NCBI RefSeq assembly: GCF_964204645.1
Contig: NC_134032.1
Span: 12,264,275 to 12,328,274, forward strand
Direction of reading: 5' to 3'
Source of the DNA: Tubulanus polymorphus
Taxonomy: Eukaryota; Animalia; Nemertea
Length of the DNA stretch: 64,000 bases
This document shows, one piece after another, positions 26,601 to 40,100 of the stretch. Position 1 is the first letter of the stretch. Every line of letters begins with the position of its first letter. The notes below the pieces were generated by a model, which was given only the letters and a program-made list of their open reading frames with translations, searched no databases and was not told the origin of the DNA. The translations under genes were made by a program, and so were the position numbers.

Positions 26601-29600
26601 GATTTGACTTGCTCTTCCCCCGACTATTCCCTGGCATGCACGTTATTTTCCCTGACTTGGTCTGTTAAAGAATCCAATCATTTAACACAGTCAAATACGC
26701 AAGACATAGACGGAAACTGCTTGATGTTACGCGTGATCTAGCAACCTCAACAAATTTCCATGACTTTTCCCTGATCTTTAGCTGTTTTTAACACAATTCC
26801 CTGATTAGCCCAGACTTTTTTTAAGAAAAGAAAATTCCCCGGTTTTTCCCTGATTTCCAGGTAGGTGGCCACCCTGTCCCATCATAAGCTTGCCTCTTCT
26901 GGATCCCCATGTCAGCCGGTCGGCCATATTTCAATCCCGTATTTGCACAAACTATTCATAGATATATTTCATATCGTGTTATGATGCTGAATACCGGTTG
27001 TTATTGGGAACCGATGACGAAATAAACCCTCGCCGAATAACATCGAATCTCTGAATGGAAACTATAGACGCGCGCGCGCGCGGACGTAATCTCGATACTT
27101 TTATCGTTTTCGCGTAAAAAAACGAACAGACTTTTCTGACTAATTTTTATATTGATTGTCGCATTTTCAAGCTACGCGTTATCAAGGGAAAGAACCATGG
27201 AATTTTTCGTTCCATTCTCGCATTGCTGTGCGGGAGAGGGTCTTGATCTATCGGGGGAAGGAACCTTGAAGTTCGTTATAGGTAGATCTCGTGTTTCCTG
27301 GTAGGAAGTCTGTTAATGTCACGTATCGGAGGGGGAAGGTCCTTGAAATTATGTTCAGTTTACTTCTCGCATTGCTGTGGAGAGGGCCTCGAAATTATAC
27401 TATAGTCTATCGCTTCATACTTCTGTGGGGGAAAGGGGAGTTTTGAATCGTAAGGGGTGTTGAAACTATTTTTAGTACGGCTTTGATTAACAGTGGGGTC
27501 GAAATCCACTTTTTCTTCTATCCGTAAAACCATTTCGTAGATTATTTCAAACAATCGCCGCGCGTTAAAGGGGTAGGTTTATGGGCCCGGGGGGGGGGGG
27601 GGGGGGGAGATCGGGGCAAAAATTTATCCAATAAAAAAACCAAAATGAAACTTTTCTTTCGAAACTAAAAACGAAACGCACGACGAATGTGACAAACGAA
27701 TTTGAATTAATCTCCTCCTACCTTTCTCGCTGACGCTTTCGCTCTCGATTTCCGGTTCCTCGCCGCAGCTGGAGCACTCCGGAGTCGAGCGTATCTCGTC
27801 GTCGGAGCTGCTCAACGATCGTTGTCGTTGTTTTTTGCCTTTTTTGTGTTTATGCGGTTTTGGCGGCGGCGGCCGCGGGCAGTCCGACGGATCGGAGCTC
27901 AGCGAGTCGTTACGCAACATGCTTTCGACTTTTTGCCGGTTGCGCTTCGACGTTTTGTTCGCCGCCGAACTCGGGTCGAGGTGCTGCATTTGGATGTTGT
28001 TCGGGCCGCACGATTCCGCGGTGTTGTTCACCACGACGACAGTCCGATCTAACTCGCGCTCATAACTATTATTATCCACGACGACTAGGTCTTTATTCGC
28101 CGTCGAATGATTGTGTCCGCGGTCGCCGTTGCGATCGCTGCCGCCGCCGCCGCGGTCGCTGCGACCCGACCCGACGCGGCTCAACTCGCGACGCTCTGCG
28201 CTCGGAGGACGCGTCGACGACGACGGCTCTCCTCCGGCGCCGCGGATTCTACGATCGTTGGAGGAGTATCCGCGGTCGCTGTGGTGCGACGAGTGTTCGC
28301 TCATGCGGTCGACGTCGTGCGGACTGCCGCGTCGACGTCGGTCCATCTGGTCGTCGTAGTTACGTCGCTCGGGTGACTCACGGAATTCTCCGGCGCCTCC
28401 TCCGCGTTGTTGTTGTTGCTGTTGTTGTTGTTGGTAGTGGTCATGATCGCGGATGTCCTGTTCGCGTAGATCTCGCTGGGTCGACGAGTGATCGACGAGG
28501 TCCCGGGCGTCGCGACCCTCGCGGTACCGATCTCTATCGCTAGAGGTCTCTCGTCTGCGATCCAAAGGTTCCCTAAATAAATAAATAACATTGAAATCAT
28601 TTTGTGGGTTCACATTAACTGTATAGCTGTGGTTCTTCCCAGTGACAACTACAAGTTATCATAGTTGGCAATAGAGCCTTTACATATAGTCAGCCATTAT
28701 TCAAATTGACAATTGAGCGTTGAGAATGAAGCTGAGTTTGTTCACATTGCCAACTAATATTTCTGTGTGCCTAAGAATCAATTAGAAAAACTACCTATAA
28801 TATAACTCGTAGTGGCAATAACGGCAGAACAGGCACAATGAGATAACTCATAGTGACAATGATGGCAGAACCAGAACTAAGACATAACTTAGTAGTTGGC
28901 AGCTATAGTGCTTCTGAGGTGTAGAATGGAAATTGTTTTGCAGATATTTCTTAATATTTGGCGAGGAAGGAGGTTTTTTCTAGCGTTGTGAGGGATTCAA
29001 AGGAATCATTTTCGAAGGTTCTTCCTTATTCAGTAAACTGAGGGCAAATTTTATAGACTGACATTACCTATAACCCGAGGGGCTAACCCAATCCATTATC
29101 GATTGAGTTAGTCCTAGGGTTAAAGTTAATACCAGTCTATAAAACCGGCCCAGTTTTTTTTAGAAACCATATTAAAAATGGCCGATACAAACCTTGTTCG
29201 ATCTCTCGATGGTTCTCTATATCTGTCACCAGGTGGCTCTCTATTCCGTCGTTCACGCGACGACCCGCGTAACCGATCATCGCGCGAGTCGCCAGGCGGC
29301 GCGGCCCGACGATGCGACGGCGTTTCGTTCAAACGATCGTCGTCGCGGTAACGATCGTGGCTGCGCGAGCGCTCGGCTCCGTCGCGCGGACTCGTCTGCC
29401 CGCGCTCCGACTGATCCGAGCGTCCTCTATCTCTATTATCGCGTTCATGTCCGGCCGATCCGATACGCTCGCGTCCGCCGGTAGGCTGCGCGCGTTCACC
29501 TCCGGCACCGCCGCCGCTGCTGCTACCTCCGCCCTTCTGACCTACATCGGTCATCGAATACTGTCGCTTTAATTCTTTACCTAATAAACTACCGGTCCGT

Positions 29601-32600
29601 TGTATCGGCTGCTGGTTCGTACGGCCGCCACCGCCGTCGGATTTCGATTGTATATTCTCTTTCTCCGAGGAACTTTGTCCCGAGTCATGCGTCGTCGATT
29701 CATTACGGGAACGACGATCGAGATTCGATGGCACAGTTTCCGACCGTCCCGGAGGTTTACCGCTGCCGCCTCCCTGCTGCTGGAGTACGAGTAATTGTTG
29801 CTGTTGTTGTTGTTCGACGTCGACGTCGAGCGCCACCGGTTTCGCCATGCCGCCGTGGTACCATTGTCCCGTTTTGGCGAGTATTTCCTGCTTTTTGCGA
29901 CACACGTTACAAGCCCAGACGGTCTGAAAAATAACAATCGAAAAAGCGATCCCGCGTTATAGGTCTCATCTGTGAAGTTGAAGAATGGGGTACGGGTAGT
30001 CTTGAAGTGCCGCCCCTCTCCATTGGTGCAGAGGGAGTCATCTCATTCAAAAAATAGGTAGAGATCGGGGCTTTCATAGAATAGATTATGACCATCAGAA
30101 TGGAGGACGAGGGTTACCACTCCCTCTCTCAATCAATGTCCCATTCGTCTACCTCTCAACTAAGTGAGGGGAAGTTACCTAAGTTCAAGGTGAGAGGATC
30201 ATCTCTCAAAGCAGTGCAGGGGTCAATTCAACTCCTTCAGTCAGGAAGCTCTATCTTTCTCACTGCAGAGGGAAGGCAGGGGTGGATACAGAGGATGTTC
30301 CACCAGGAATCAGGGCCGCACCCCTCCATGGCCAAAGGTAACATTTTTACCATAAACATTTACATCCCTATCTGCGGTATAGTGCAGACGGGACTACCTC
30401 AAATTTTTGTAGTTAACACCAAACATGAGACTCATTTCACATCAAACATAGTAATTCAATTGAAAATTATTCTGATTTAGAGATTTATTTTGATATTTTC
30501 AGGGAATAGTCAAGTCGCAATGAAGACTCTGTAGCGCACGCCAGTTTCGCGACTCAAATCAGCTTCAGATGCAGGAAAATCGTATCTCAAAACTTCTAGT
30601 TTTCAAGTCGCAAAATCTTGGATCCGCCCGCGAAGGGTCATCTTAGAGGTCGCCGCGATCTCCCTTTTTCAGAACTATTTCCAGAGAGCGACGTCGATGG
30701 CGTTATATTCGAGGTGATGATTCGACGCGATGAATTTACCATCGTCGTCATCTGCCCGCGGACGAACGAACGAACGAACGAACGAACGATTCTATGGAAG
30801 AATATACTCCCACATGCATATAGCGAGGCAGTTACCATGACAACCAGTAGAGCACACAGTACCGAGACAGAAGCCAGCCATCCACACACTCCCTTATAAT
30901 ACTGACACCACGATCTTGCTCGCTGACTGCTGGAACCTCGTTTAAATATATATATATATACATATATAATATATATATATACATAAATATTTATATATAA
31001 ATATAGATATATATCTTGTATTTAATTCGGGGTGTCTCAATTAGTCAGCAGCAGCAGACGGACAGACTAGTGTGGAATTGTGGTGCAGGGTACGGTCTCG
31101 GAGAAGTCCCTGGTATGATCTATGATCCTCGGCTATCTATCTCCTGTTCGAACAGGATCCTGAATAGACACCGACGTTCCACGGAAAGACTGGAAGAGCG
31201 GAGAGAGGAAAAAGAGTTGCGAGATATACAGGGACTATAGGGAAGGGAAGGGGGAATAATGGGTAGATCGATGGAAAGATGATTTAGAGCGAGGGAGTGA
31301 GATGGAAAAAAGGGAGAATGTATAGGGAATAGTTAGGAGAGGGTAGGGTGGAAGGAGCAGAGGTGGAGAGGGAACACGACAGGAGAGGGAGAGCAATTTG
31401 AGTTAAGAGTAGTGAATGTAATATCCTCACTGGATGAGGAGAAAAAGAGGGCGGTGGTTGAGGGAGAGAGTGGTATATAAGAGTCCAATGTTTTGCTACA
31501 TCAAGAGCGTAACAGGGAAGGGAAAACAGCACCATACGCAGTGATCGCCTGGCCCCGTTACTTTCTATATACCAAGTAAGGAGTGTCCGAATTCCCGAGA
31601 AATCTTAGGAGAAAGTGTCAAAAATTAGATTTGATCTAGGACAGAGATATCGGAGAAAAGGGGAGGTTTCACAGATTTTTTCAAGCAGACTCCGCAATTG
31701 TTTTTTTTTTAAAGGGTTGTTTTTATGCTTTCCTCATTTGTGGAAAAATATCATATCATCAGAAAGATTGTTTCCACGGTCTTCACAGTAATACATACAA
31801 TTTGATATTCGGTGAAAAGGGACGCGAGATACTGCGAAAAAGGGTTGGACAAAATTCCTAAATAGGGGTGATTTCCATGAGTCTGGGAAAAAGCATGTCC
31901 TACTATCTTACTGACAAAGTGAAGGGCCCCGAGAGTGATCAAAAGAGAGAGAGAGGAGAGCAGTGTTCTACCCAGTGATCGAAAGAGAAGAGAGAAAGGA
32001 GAGTAGAGTGAGAGTAGCGCGCAGTGTAATCTCACCGATCAGTGTTGATGACGTCAGTGAAACTATTCTAATATTAGCCGGTTACTGATCAATCAATGAA
32101 TGTATCAGTACAGCGGTGGTCGCCACGACGACCGAGAACGCATTGATGGATTCAAACGATGGTAACCGATGACGACGACGTCGACGACGACCCTGTCGTG
32201 ACATTGACGGATTATAACTAGGTCAAACGAATCCTGAACGACCACGGATAAATCATTTTTAATCATTTGAAGTTTTAAGCAATGATGTGAAAAGGTGTTT
32301 GAAATCAGTCGGAAGCCTGTTTTCCTATCACGGACACCCTGCTAAGGTGTTACCATAATCTTTAATGGTTTAGAACGATACAACAATAGTTCCAGGGGCC
32401 AGTTGCATAGTCTCATGGCTTAGACCTAAGATCAGCCTAAGACCAACTTCGTTCTATAGCCAATCTAACAACTTGAGACCAGTCTTAAGATTTAAGACCA
32501 ATTATGGACTTAAGTCACAACTGTGCAACTGGCCCCTGAGGATCTAGAAGTCCTACCACTCGAGAATGTTCTATGAAGTTGCCATATTCATAAATAATCT

Positions 32601-35600
32601 GTTTCCCGAGTCGGGTGTAAGAACGATTTCACGCTTGCACCATTCTCGAGTCCGCGAGATCAACAGTCCATCACTCCTCACAATGATCACCCAACGATTT
32701 CATTCATTTAATTCATTCATTCACCGAATTATTTACTTCATTTCTAATTCATTCACTTCAAACATCAATTCTACTTTGTCTAACATTAAAATATAATTCA
32801 TGCTCTGACACAATTTTCATTCTCGTTGAAGAAAAAAAATGAACCACGATTGTGAATTTTTTTCTTTCGGCCTTTTTCGAAAATTATGACAATTTCGATA
32901 TATTTTTTGCTCATGCTTACGAAGTTTTCATACGGTCAAATCTAGAAAAATAGAATCATGTGCAAGTGCGCGCGTGGGGCGGGGCCGAGGTTTTCAACCT
33001 CCAATTTTGATTCTCATTGATTTTTTATTCTTATTTGATTCTTATTGAATTTTGATAATTGTTGTGAAAAATTAAATTGTGTAACATAAAAATTTGTAAG
33101 CCAAAATTTGATTATACTTTGTGCGAAGTTTTTCCTAAACTACCCGACAAACTGTGTTGGACCCCGATATTTCTAAAATCTACGTTTACACAGCAATCGA
33201 CACGTGCAAAAATTAACTAACACCTATAAACAGCAGCACCGGCTTTCACTTGGCTAATTTGATAAATAATGTCGAAAAAATTTAGATGTCGAAAAATTTT
33301 TAAAAAATGCAAAAATTTTGATCAAGAAACGCCGCCGCCGCGCCTGGGAGATAAAACTGCAGTCGAATTAACGCGCGCGAATTTTACGCCGCGGGAAAGA
33401 CAACACTGAAGACAATTTTTGAAAATGAAAAGTAGAAAAAAAAAACAGCGAGAGTTTTTTTGCGTAGATGGTGATTTACCTCACAAAACTGCTGTACATC
33501 ACCAGTAGTCGTAAACTGCTGAAACAATGACATTCATGTTTAGATTTCATGATTTCAATGAGTTCTATCTAAAACACTGATACCCCAAACACCCACCCAA
33601 CCACCCCAGCAGCAGTCTACTTCCATTTTCACATATCCCCCCCCCCCCCGCTTCTGCAGCACTGCCTTTCCTTGGTAAGTCTAGGGGGACGGCTTACGAT
33701 TGGTGCAAACCCTCCACGAACGCCCAAAGTCTACATTTTCTCTAATTTCTACAGCGTCGAAAAATGCCACTTTCTTATGCGCGTTATTTTCTCTTAGCAA
33801 TTAGATCAGGTCAGATAAGGCCATATGCATCAATCATGCAACAGCCTCTAAACGCATGCATTAAATCTGACTGCGGAACCCCGGGCCTCCATAGGGCGGT
33901 CCACATGTCTTTGGTGCTTGAACATTAGTTGTGCCAATCCATAAATGTCCTTCCACAGTAATATCCACTCATCTCCACATTTATTTCCCATTCTACAGTG
34001 TTTCCCAAGAATCTTGAACGTAGTAATAGTGTTCCCTCCCTGTTTAAATGAAGGAAGCAGAAGATTGCAGCAGACTGTTTCCCCTCGCTAAATAGCATAG
34101 CAAAATGTCCACAGCTACAAGTAAAAAGTCAGAATACATAAAAGGCTAACTTTTTCCTGTCCTAAAATGAAGAATCATTGTCCTTACCTAAACATCAAGA
34201 CATTTTTGGCCTAAACTGGCCCTACATGTGAAACACTAACACTTCAAAACAAACTCGTTCCAGGGGAATTGGTTTTTCGGGAATGGGGGTGGATTAAATT
34301 GCAACAAACAAACTCTAACGGAGGTGTTGTAAAGGCCAGTCAGTAGGAGTTTAGCGGTAATTATCATCACAGCCTGGGAGATTAATTATCAACCTTCCGA
34401 AAAAATAGTTGGCGAGAATTATTTTCATCGGAAATTCATCAGCTAATAGTTGATTGTATGAGAATGGTTTGTTTACGTGATATATATATCCTTTTATCAA
34501 TATCTGTATTTGAACTTCATGAATTTTCAGGGCATTCTTGGATTAAAATATATCATCATAATAGAACAAAATTCCATAAGTTGAATGTTGTTTTTCCAAG
34601 GACCGCTACTGTGCAACAATAGAGGTTTCCACCTGTGGCAAGTGAGGATTCACTAGGTTTGCTAGTGTGCAGTAGGACATTAACTTCTGTGGCAATTGAG
34701 GATTCCACTAATGGTTAGTGAGGATCCACCAGGTGCGCTAGTGTATGATAGGACATCAACTACTGCAGCAATTGAGGATTCCACTTGTGGCAAGTGAGGA
34801 TCCACCAGGTGCGCTAGTGTGTAGTAGGACATCAACCACTGCGGCAATAGTGGATTCCACTTGTGGTAAGTGGGGATCCACCAGGTGGCGCTAGTGTACA
34901 GTGGGACATCAACTACTGCACAATAGAGGATTCCACTAGTGGCAAGTCAAGATCCACCAGATGGCGCTAGTGTACCGTAGGACATCAACTGCTGTGGCAA
35001 TAGGGGATCTACCAGCTGTGCTACTAGCATTAAATGGTCCTGATGATTAGACAAACATACATGAAAATAGATTGAAATAGGAAATAAAGAATTCAAGATA
35101 TGAAACGTCCAGTTGCCAGACGGTTGTTTTAAAGTTAACGCAGTAACGATAACCGCATCAAATCTAAAACTCCCTCCGAAGAACTGGTACTACACGGATC
35201 CAGCCACAGACAGACAGACAGACAGACGCACACAACGAAAAGACATACGACCGAGTAAATATTACTAATGACGAATCTAAGAGTATATTTACTCAAATAA
35301 AATGATCTAGACTAATCGAAGATTCTATTTACTGCAAAAAGAAGATCGAAGAATAAATATCTAAAGAGTAAATCTACTCGAAACTGAGAACACGAGACAC
35401 ACAACATACACTTACACTGGTTCCACTGTTATCTGGTGTATTAGTGATCGGCTGCAAAGACAAATATCGTTCCAGAAAACATCAAATAGATATATATAAA
35501 TACATCATATATATTCACAAAATCAAAATATATAAACATCGAGAGGAGTTTTGAAAGGAAAGATAAAGTTTTGAACAGTTATATTCGAGAGACATTTAAA

Positions 35601-37037
35601 AGAGCGAATGAGATAATATTTCATCGAAAAGTGTATTGTATCGTTTCCGGGGTAAAGATTTTTTTAAAAGTTTTGAGTTTAACAAACGGTTAATTGAATC
35701 GTTGAAAACGCGAATTCGTCGATAGAAATTGCAGATTTTTTAGTCTAAACATTTCGTGGCCTGGACCCAAAATTCAGTTAGGGGAGGATCTTCCCCCCGA
35801 ACCCTTTACCCAGTCAGGAAGATCCATGTAGTTGACAAAAAAATCTGCCTTTTCTTTATTCAGTTGCTTCGAAGACACAAATTTTTAGGTTATACATAAG
35901 ATATATAGCGCCCAAGTTCAATTCTTAGGAAAATATTGATTGATTGATATCTGATAAATCAATCAATCAATAACTATATTTGCCGACTATAACAACAAAT
36001 TAGACGACTCGAACGATATAGATATCTATAGGATCGTAGTCATTTATCCGCGCTTTTTGAGTCATAAGTGACTCAAGTGTCATGTTTCGGCGCCGAATAT
36101 TATTCCGCTGTCATCTCCAGGTACCAGAAAATCATCTCGTAAAATCGAACATGAGTCAAACGCGACAGCAGTCTAAAAATAGACCCGCGACAGGCGCAAG
36201 CAACAATGCATCAAACATTTGAAAATTCAGCAGTCATTTCTATGGTTATTTATTGTAACGAGGCTCCACTGCAATTTCATACTAGATATGATCTAAGGGC
36301 CGGTTCCAAAGACATGGCTTAGACTTAAGACCAGTCTAAGACCAACTCAGTTCTTCAGCCAATCTAACAACTCTCAATTAAGATTTTGGACTTAAGTCTC
36401 TACTATGGAACTGGCCCTTGGTGATGACGAACAGATTGTTACGAGGTTCCATGACATAGAATTAACTATAGATTATAACGAATAGATTTTCTGGTCTCCT
36501 GAAGTTGGTTATAACGAGTGCCACTCTACATAGAATACCCACTAGAAGTCCACTGCTATAACGAACAGATTTTCTGGTGCCCTGGTGCCCTGAAGTTTGC
36601 TGATGTTCCACTATATGGAATTATCAGTTACAATGAACAGATTTCTGGTGGCCTGAAGTTCGTTATAACGAGGTCTTGACTGAATAGAATGGTCATAACA
36701 AACTATCGGTTATAACGGACAGATTTTCTGGTCCCCTGGATTTTGAGAAGGGGTCAAAAAGGGGGAAAGGAAGGAGAGGGGAATAGAGAGAAAGAAATAG
36801 GGAAACGAGTGGGTGAAAGAGTAGAAGCAATATCATAGACAACGCACTGAATTGGAAATTCAGTAAGTATAAGTCTGAGGTAGTGGATGCTGGATTGTTG
36901 CTGCTACTGCTGCTGCTGCTGCTGCTGCTGAATCAGGCTGATACAGCATCATGATAACGATGTCAAACTCTCACACAATCCAATACGATTACCATGGCAA
37001 CCGTAAATAAATGAGACTAAAGGCGAACGCTAGCTTG

Positions 37038-37107
<70 letters not shown>

Positions 37108-40100
37108 CTACGTGCGGGTAAGTGAATGAGAAATGAGACACATATATAACAACATAGCCGAACAGACGAGGGGATGGGGAGACGAGAGTGATGAGGAAGA
37201 AAATGGGATGGCGATGGTGAAAGGGGCGAGAGATGAGAGGGTCGAAATAAAATTGAAGAAGGCAGCAGGAAAGGTTGCAGGGAGGGGATAAGACATGCAA
37301 GAAAGGAACATATGAACAGAGGGACAGGGGAGGTCGAGAGGAGAGGGTTAAATATGAAAACGATTGATAGCGTGGAGGGAAGGAGCATCAATGGGGATGA
37401 TAGGAGGAAACAGGAGAGGAACGTGAAGGGGGAGAGGTGGAGAGCGCGAGGAAGAGAGGGAGCAACAATAGTGATGGGGAAATAGGCGGGTCGAAGGGCA
37501 GGGTGCAGGGGGTGCATACCACCCCAAAAAATATCATTACCCTGAAATTTTATGAGAGAAAGGATAATTAAACTGATATAAAAAGTCTAAATTCATGAGC
37601 TCGTTCTCTGTATTTCCAAGAATGAGTTCATTTTTTCCGATAAGCTTTCTTTAGGAGTGCCCTGTGATGACCTTATGCTCAATCATGGGAGACAGGTGCG
37701 ACCCTGAATGAGACCCTAGATCTGAGCGGATCACAAGGAAAGGGTGGGAGGATTGTGTGAGGAGAGAAGCAAAAATAGGAAAGATAGATAGGACACAGGA
37801 GAGAGCTGTGAGAAGAGGAGAGAGAGGTCGATAGAGGTAGAGGGGGAAATGAGAACAAGATTCAGAAAGGGGTGTGAGAGGTGAGAAAAGAGAGAGGGGA
37901 AATGAGAACAAGGTTCAGAAAGGGGTGTGAGAGGTGAGAAGATAGATATAGGTAGATAGAGGTAGAGAGAGGTAGAGAGGGGGAAAATGTGGGCAAGGTT
38001 CAGAAAGGAGTGTGCGAGAGATAAGGAGCCGGGAAAGAGAAGGATAAAAGGGCTGAGAGAGAGAGAGATCATTGGGAAGGAGGAAAGAGAAAAGAGATGA
38101 AAAAAGAAATGATAAAGGAAAGCAGAGGAAGAAGGAAGAGAATGAGAAAGAAAGAAAGAGTATATGAAGCATTCCCGATTTTAACTATTTCATTTTTCAA
38201 CGAGATAATTGTCGCGACTGAAAGAGAATGTATAGGCTGCGTGCGGTTCACACTATTTCATGGATATCCATACGCATTTACGAGTTATCGAATTAGTCGC
38301 GTAGGCGAAATGGTCGCCGTGGGAACGAACGACGATCATTGTTGGTGATGTCACGCTATCTAGTCGCGGGCGGGCGCGAAGTCTCGGGTCGCGGAGGCCG
38401 CGATCGTCCGACGACGTAACGTTATTAGAAAATTACGAAATCGTTACGATCGCCATTGTCGTCGCCGCGGCGATATCGGTTCGAGTGTAATTATATTATT
38501 GCCCGGTGATTATTAGAAAACGAATGAGTCATACGAGAACTCGTGAGGCCACGAGGGGTTAGACCTCGCGTTACAAACCCTCACACTTACCCAGCTATAA
38601 ATTCCATTATATACATCAATTTGCGTCGCGCTTTAGCGACAAGTTACAACTTGCAACCTGCAAAAATTATACCCTAATTCATCTAGATATATGTATAATA
38701 CGCGTGCGAACTTGAGTCAGAGTTTCTACGAAGTCGCGGATTGATGATCTAATTTGTAGAAATAAATTGTTTTTAAATTTATCATTTGAATGTAATTATA
38801 GGAACTACAACTTTGGAACTGAGCCTAGAATCAAATTAAACCCACACAACTGTGGAACTGGATCCAGAGTCAAATAGAGCCCACACAACTGTGGAACTGG
38901 ATCCAGAGTCGAATTAAACCCACACAACTGTGGAACTGGATCCAGTGTCAAATTAAACCCACACAACTGTAGAACTGAGTTTAGAGTTAAATCAAACCCA
39001 CACAACTGTGGAACTGGGTTCAGTATCAAATTAATAAACCCACACAAGTGTAAAACTGGGTCCAGTATCAAATTAATAAACCCCACACCCAGTGTAAAAC
39101 TGGGTTAAGAGCCTAATTAGACCCATACAACTGAGTAACTGGGTCCTAAATCAAACCCTCACAACTGTGGACACAGTCTAATAGAGTCAAATTCCGCCCA
39201 GCTTTCAGACACGACAAAAACATGACAGGATTTTATTTCATAGTTTTAAACGCGTATCAATTGTCTCGTGTCGGATTATGACAGTTGCCTGGTAACGGTT
39301 GATGACATCATCGATGTCCGCGTACTTATACACGAACAATGCCGTCTGATTCGCGATGACGTCACGGGCGGCGACACGCCGCGCCGTGTGACAATATAAA
39401 TAGGGAAAACGCGGAAAGGTTTGTTAACGAATAATAACACGCCTACGGTGCACCGTACGGAGCGATAATAAACATTTTGGACACTTTTTTGCTCAAGATT
39501 AAAAAGGGCATCCTTCCGATACGGACAGAGCGTTTTCACGTTAGACTGAAGTTCTCCGCCATTGCCAAAACCGCTCACAACCATTCACCAGAGAAAGGGG
39601 TGGCTCCGAATTCCCTTATCTAGATATTCCCGGAGCCAACCCTATCAGGTACATGCATTAATCATGGCTTCAGCTACAAATGATTGAACCGACGATACTG
39701 CATTACTTTCTTGTTTAAACGAAACTGATTTTAATCATCTACGACGAACTCGGTCCAACCGATATTCACATCGATACAAACTCCGACCAAAAGAGTGACG
39801 ACTTTTCAGGGGCGGATCCAGGGGCGTGTTGTGACCATGTCGACCAATAAAAAGGGCATATATTCTTAATTTAGGGCGGAAAGGCATATCAGCAAAATCT
39901 TTTTTTTCTAAATTTTACTATCATTTTAGAGCTTTCTGAGCATCTCTTAGAGGCATTTAGTCAAGAAACATAGGTTATATATTTAGGAAAATTATCTATT
40001 GTGTATCTCAGGTGGCAAATTTTGAAACAGAGAAAAAATAAAAAGGCACTTTAAAATTCCGACTGTGTCGGGTGATACGGTCGACACGGTCTAAATCCGC

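Noticed and set aside
27822-29937. Long overlapping ORFs on the other strand or frames (for example 27860-28543)
   Set aside because: Shadows of GC-rich RIM exons; likewise the antisense ORFs over rabenosyn.
30088-30480. 130-aa plus-strand ORF
   Set aside because: It runs into a MITE end (CAGGGGTGGATAC), with no motif or splice support.
36989-38348. Leu/Ser/Pro/Phe-rich membrane-like ORFs
   Set aside because: Artefacts of polypyrimidine low-complexity sequence.
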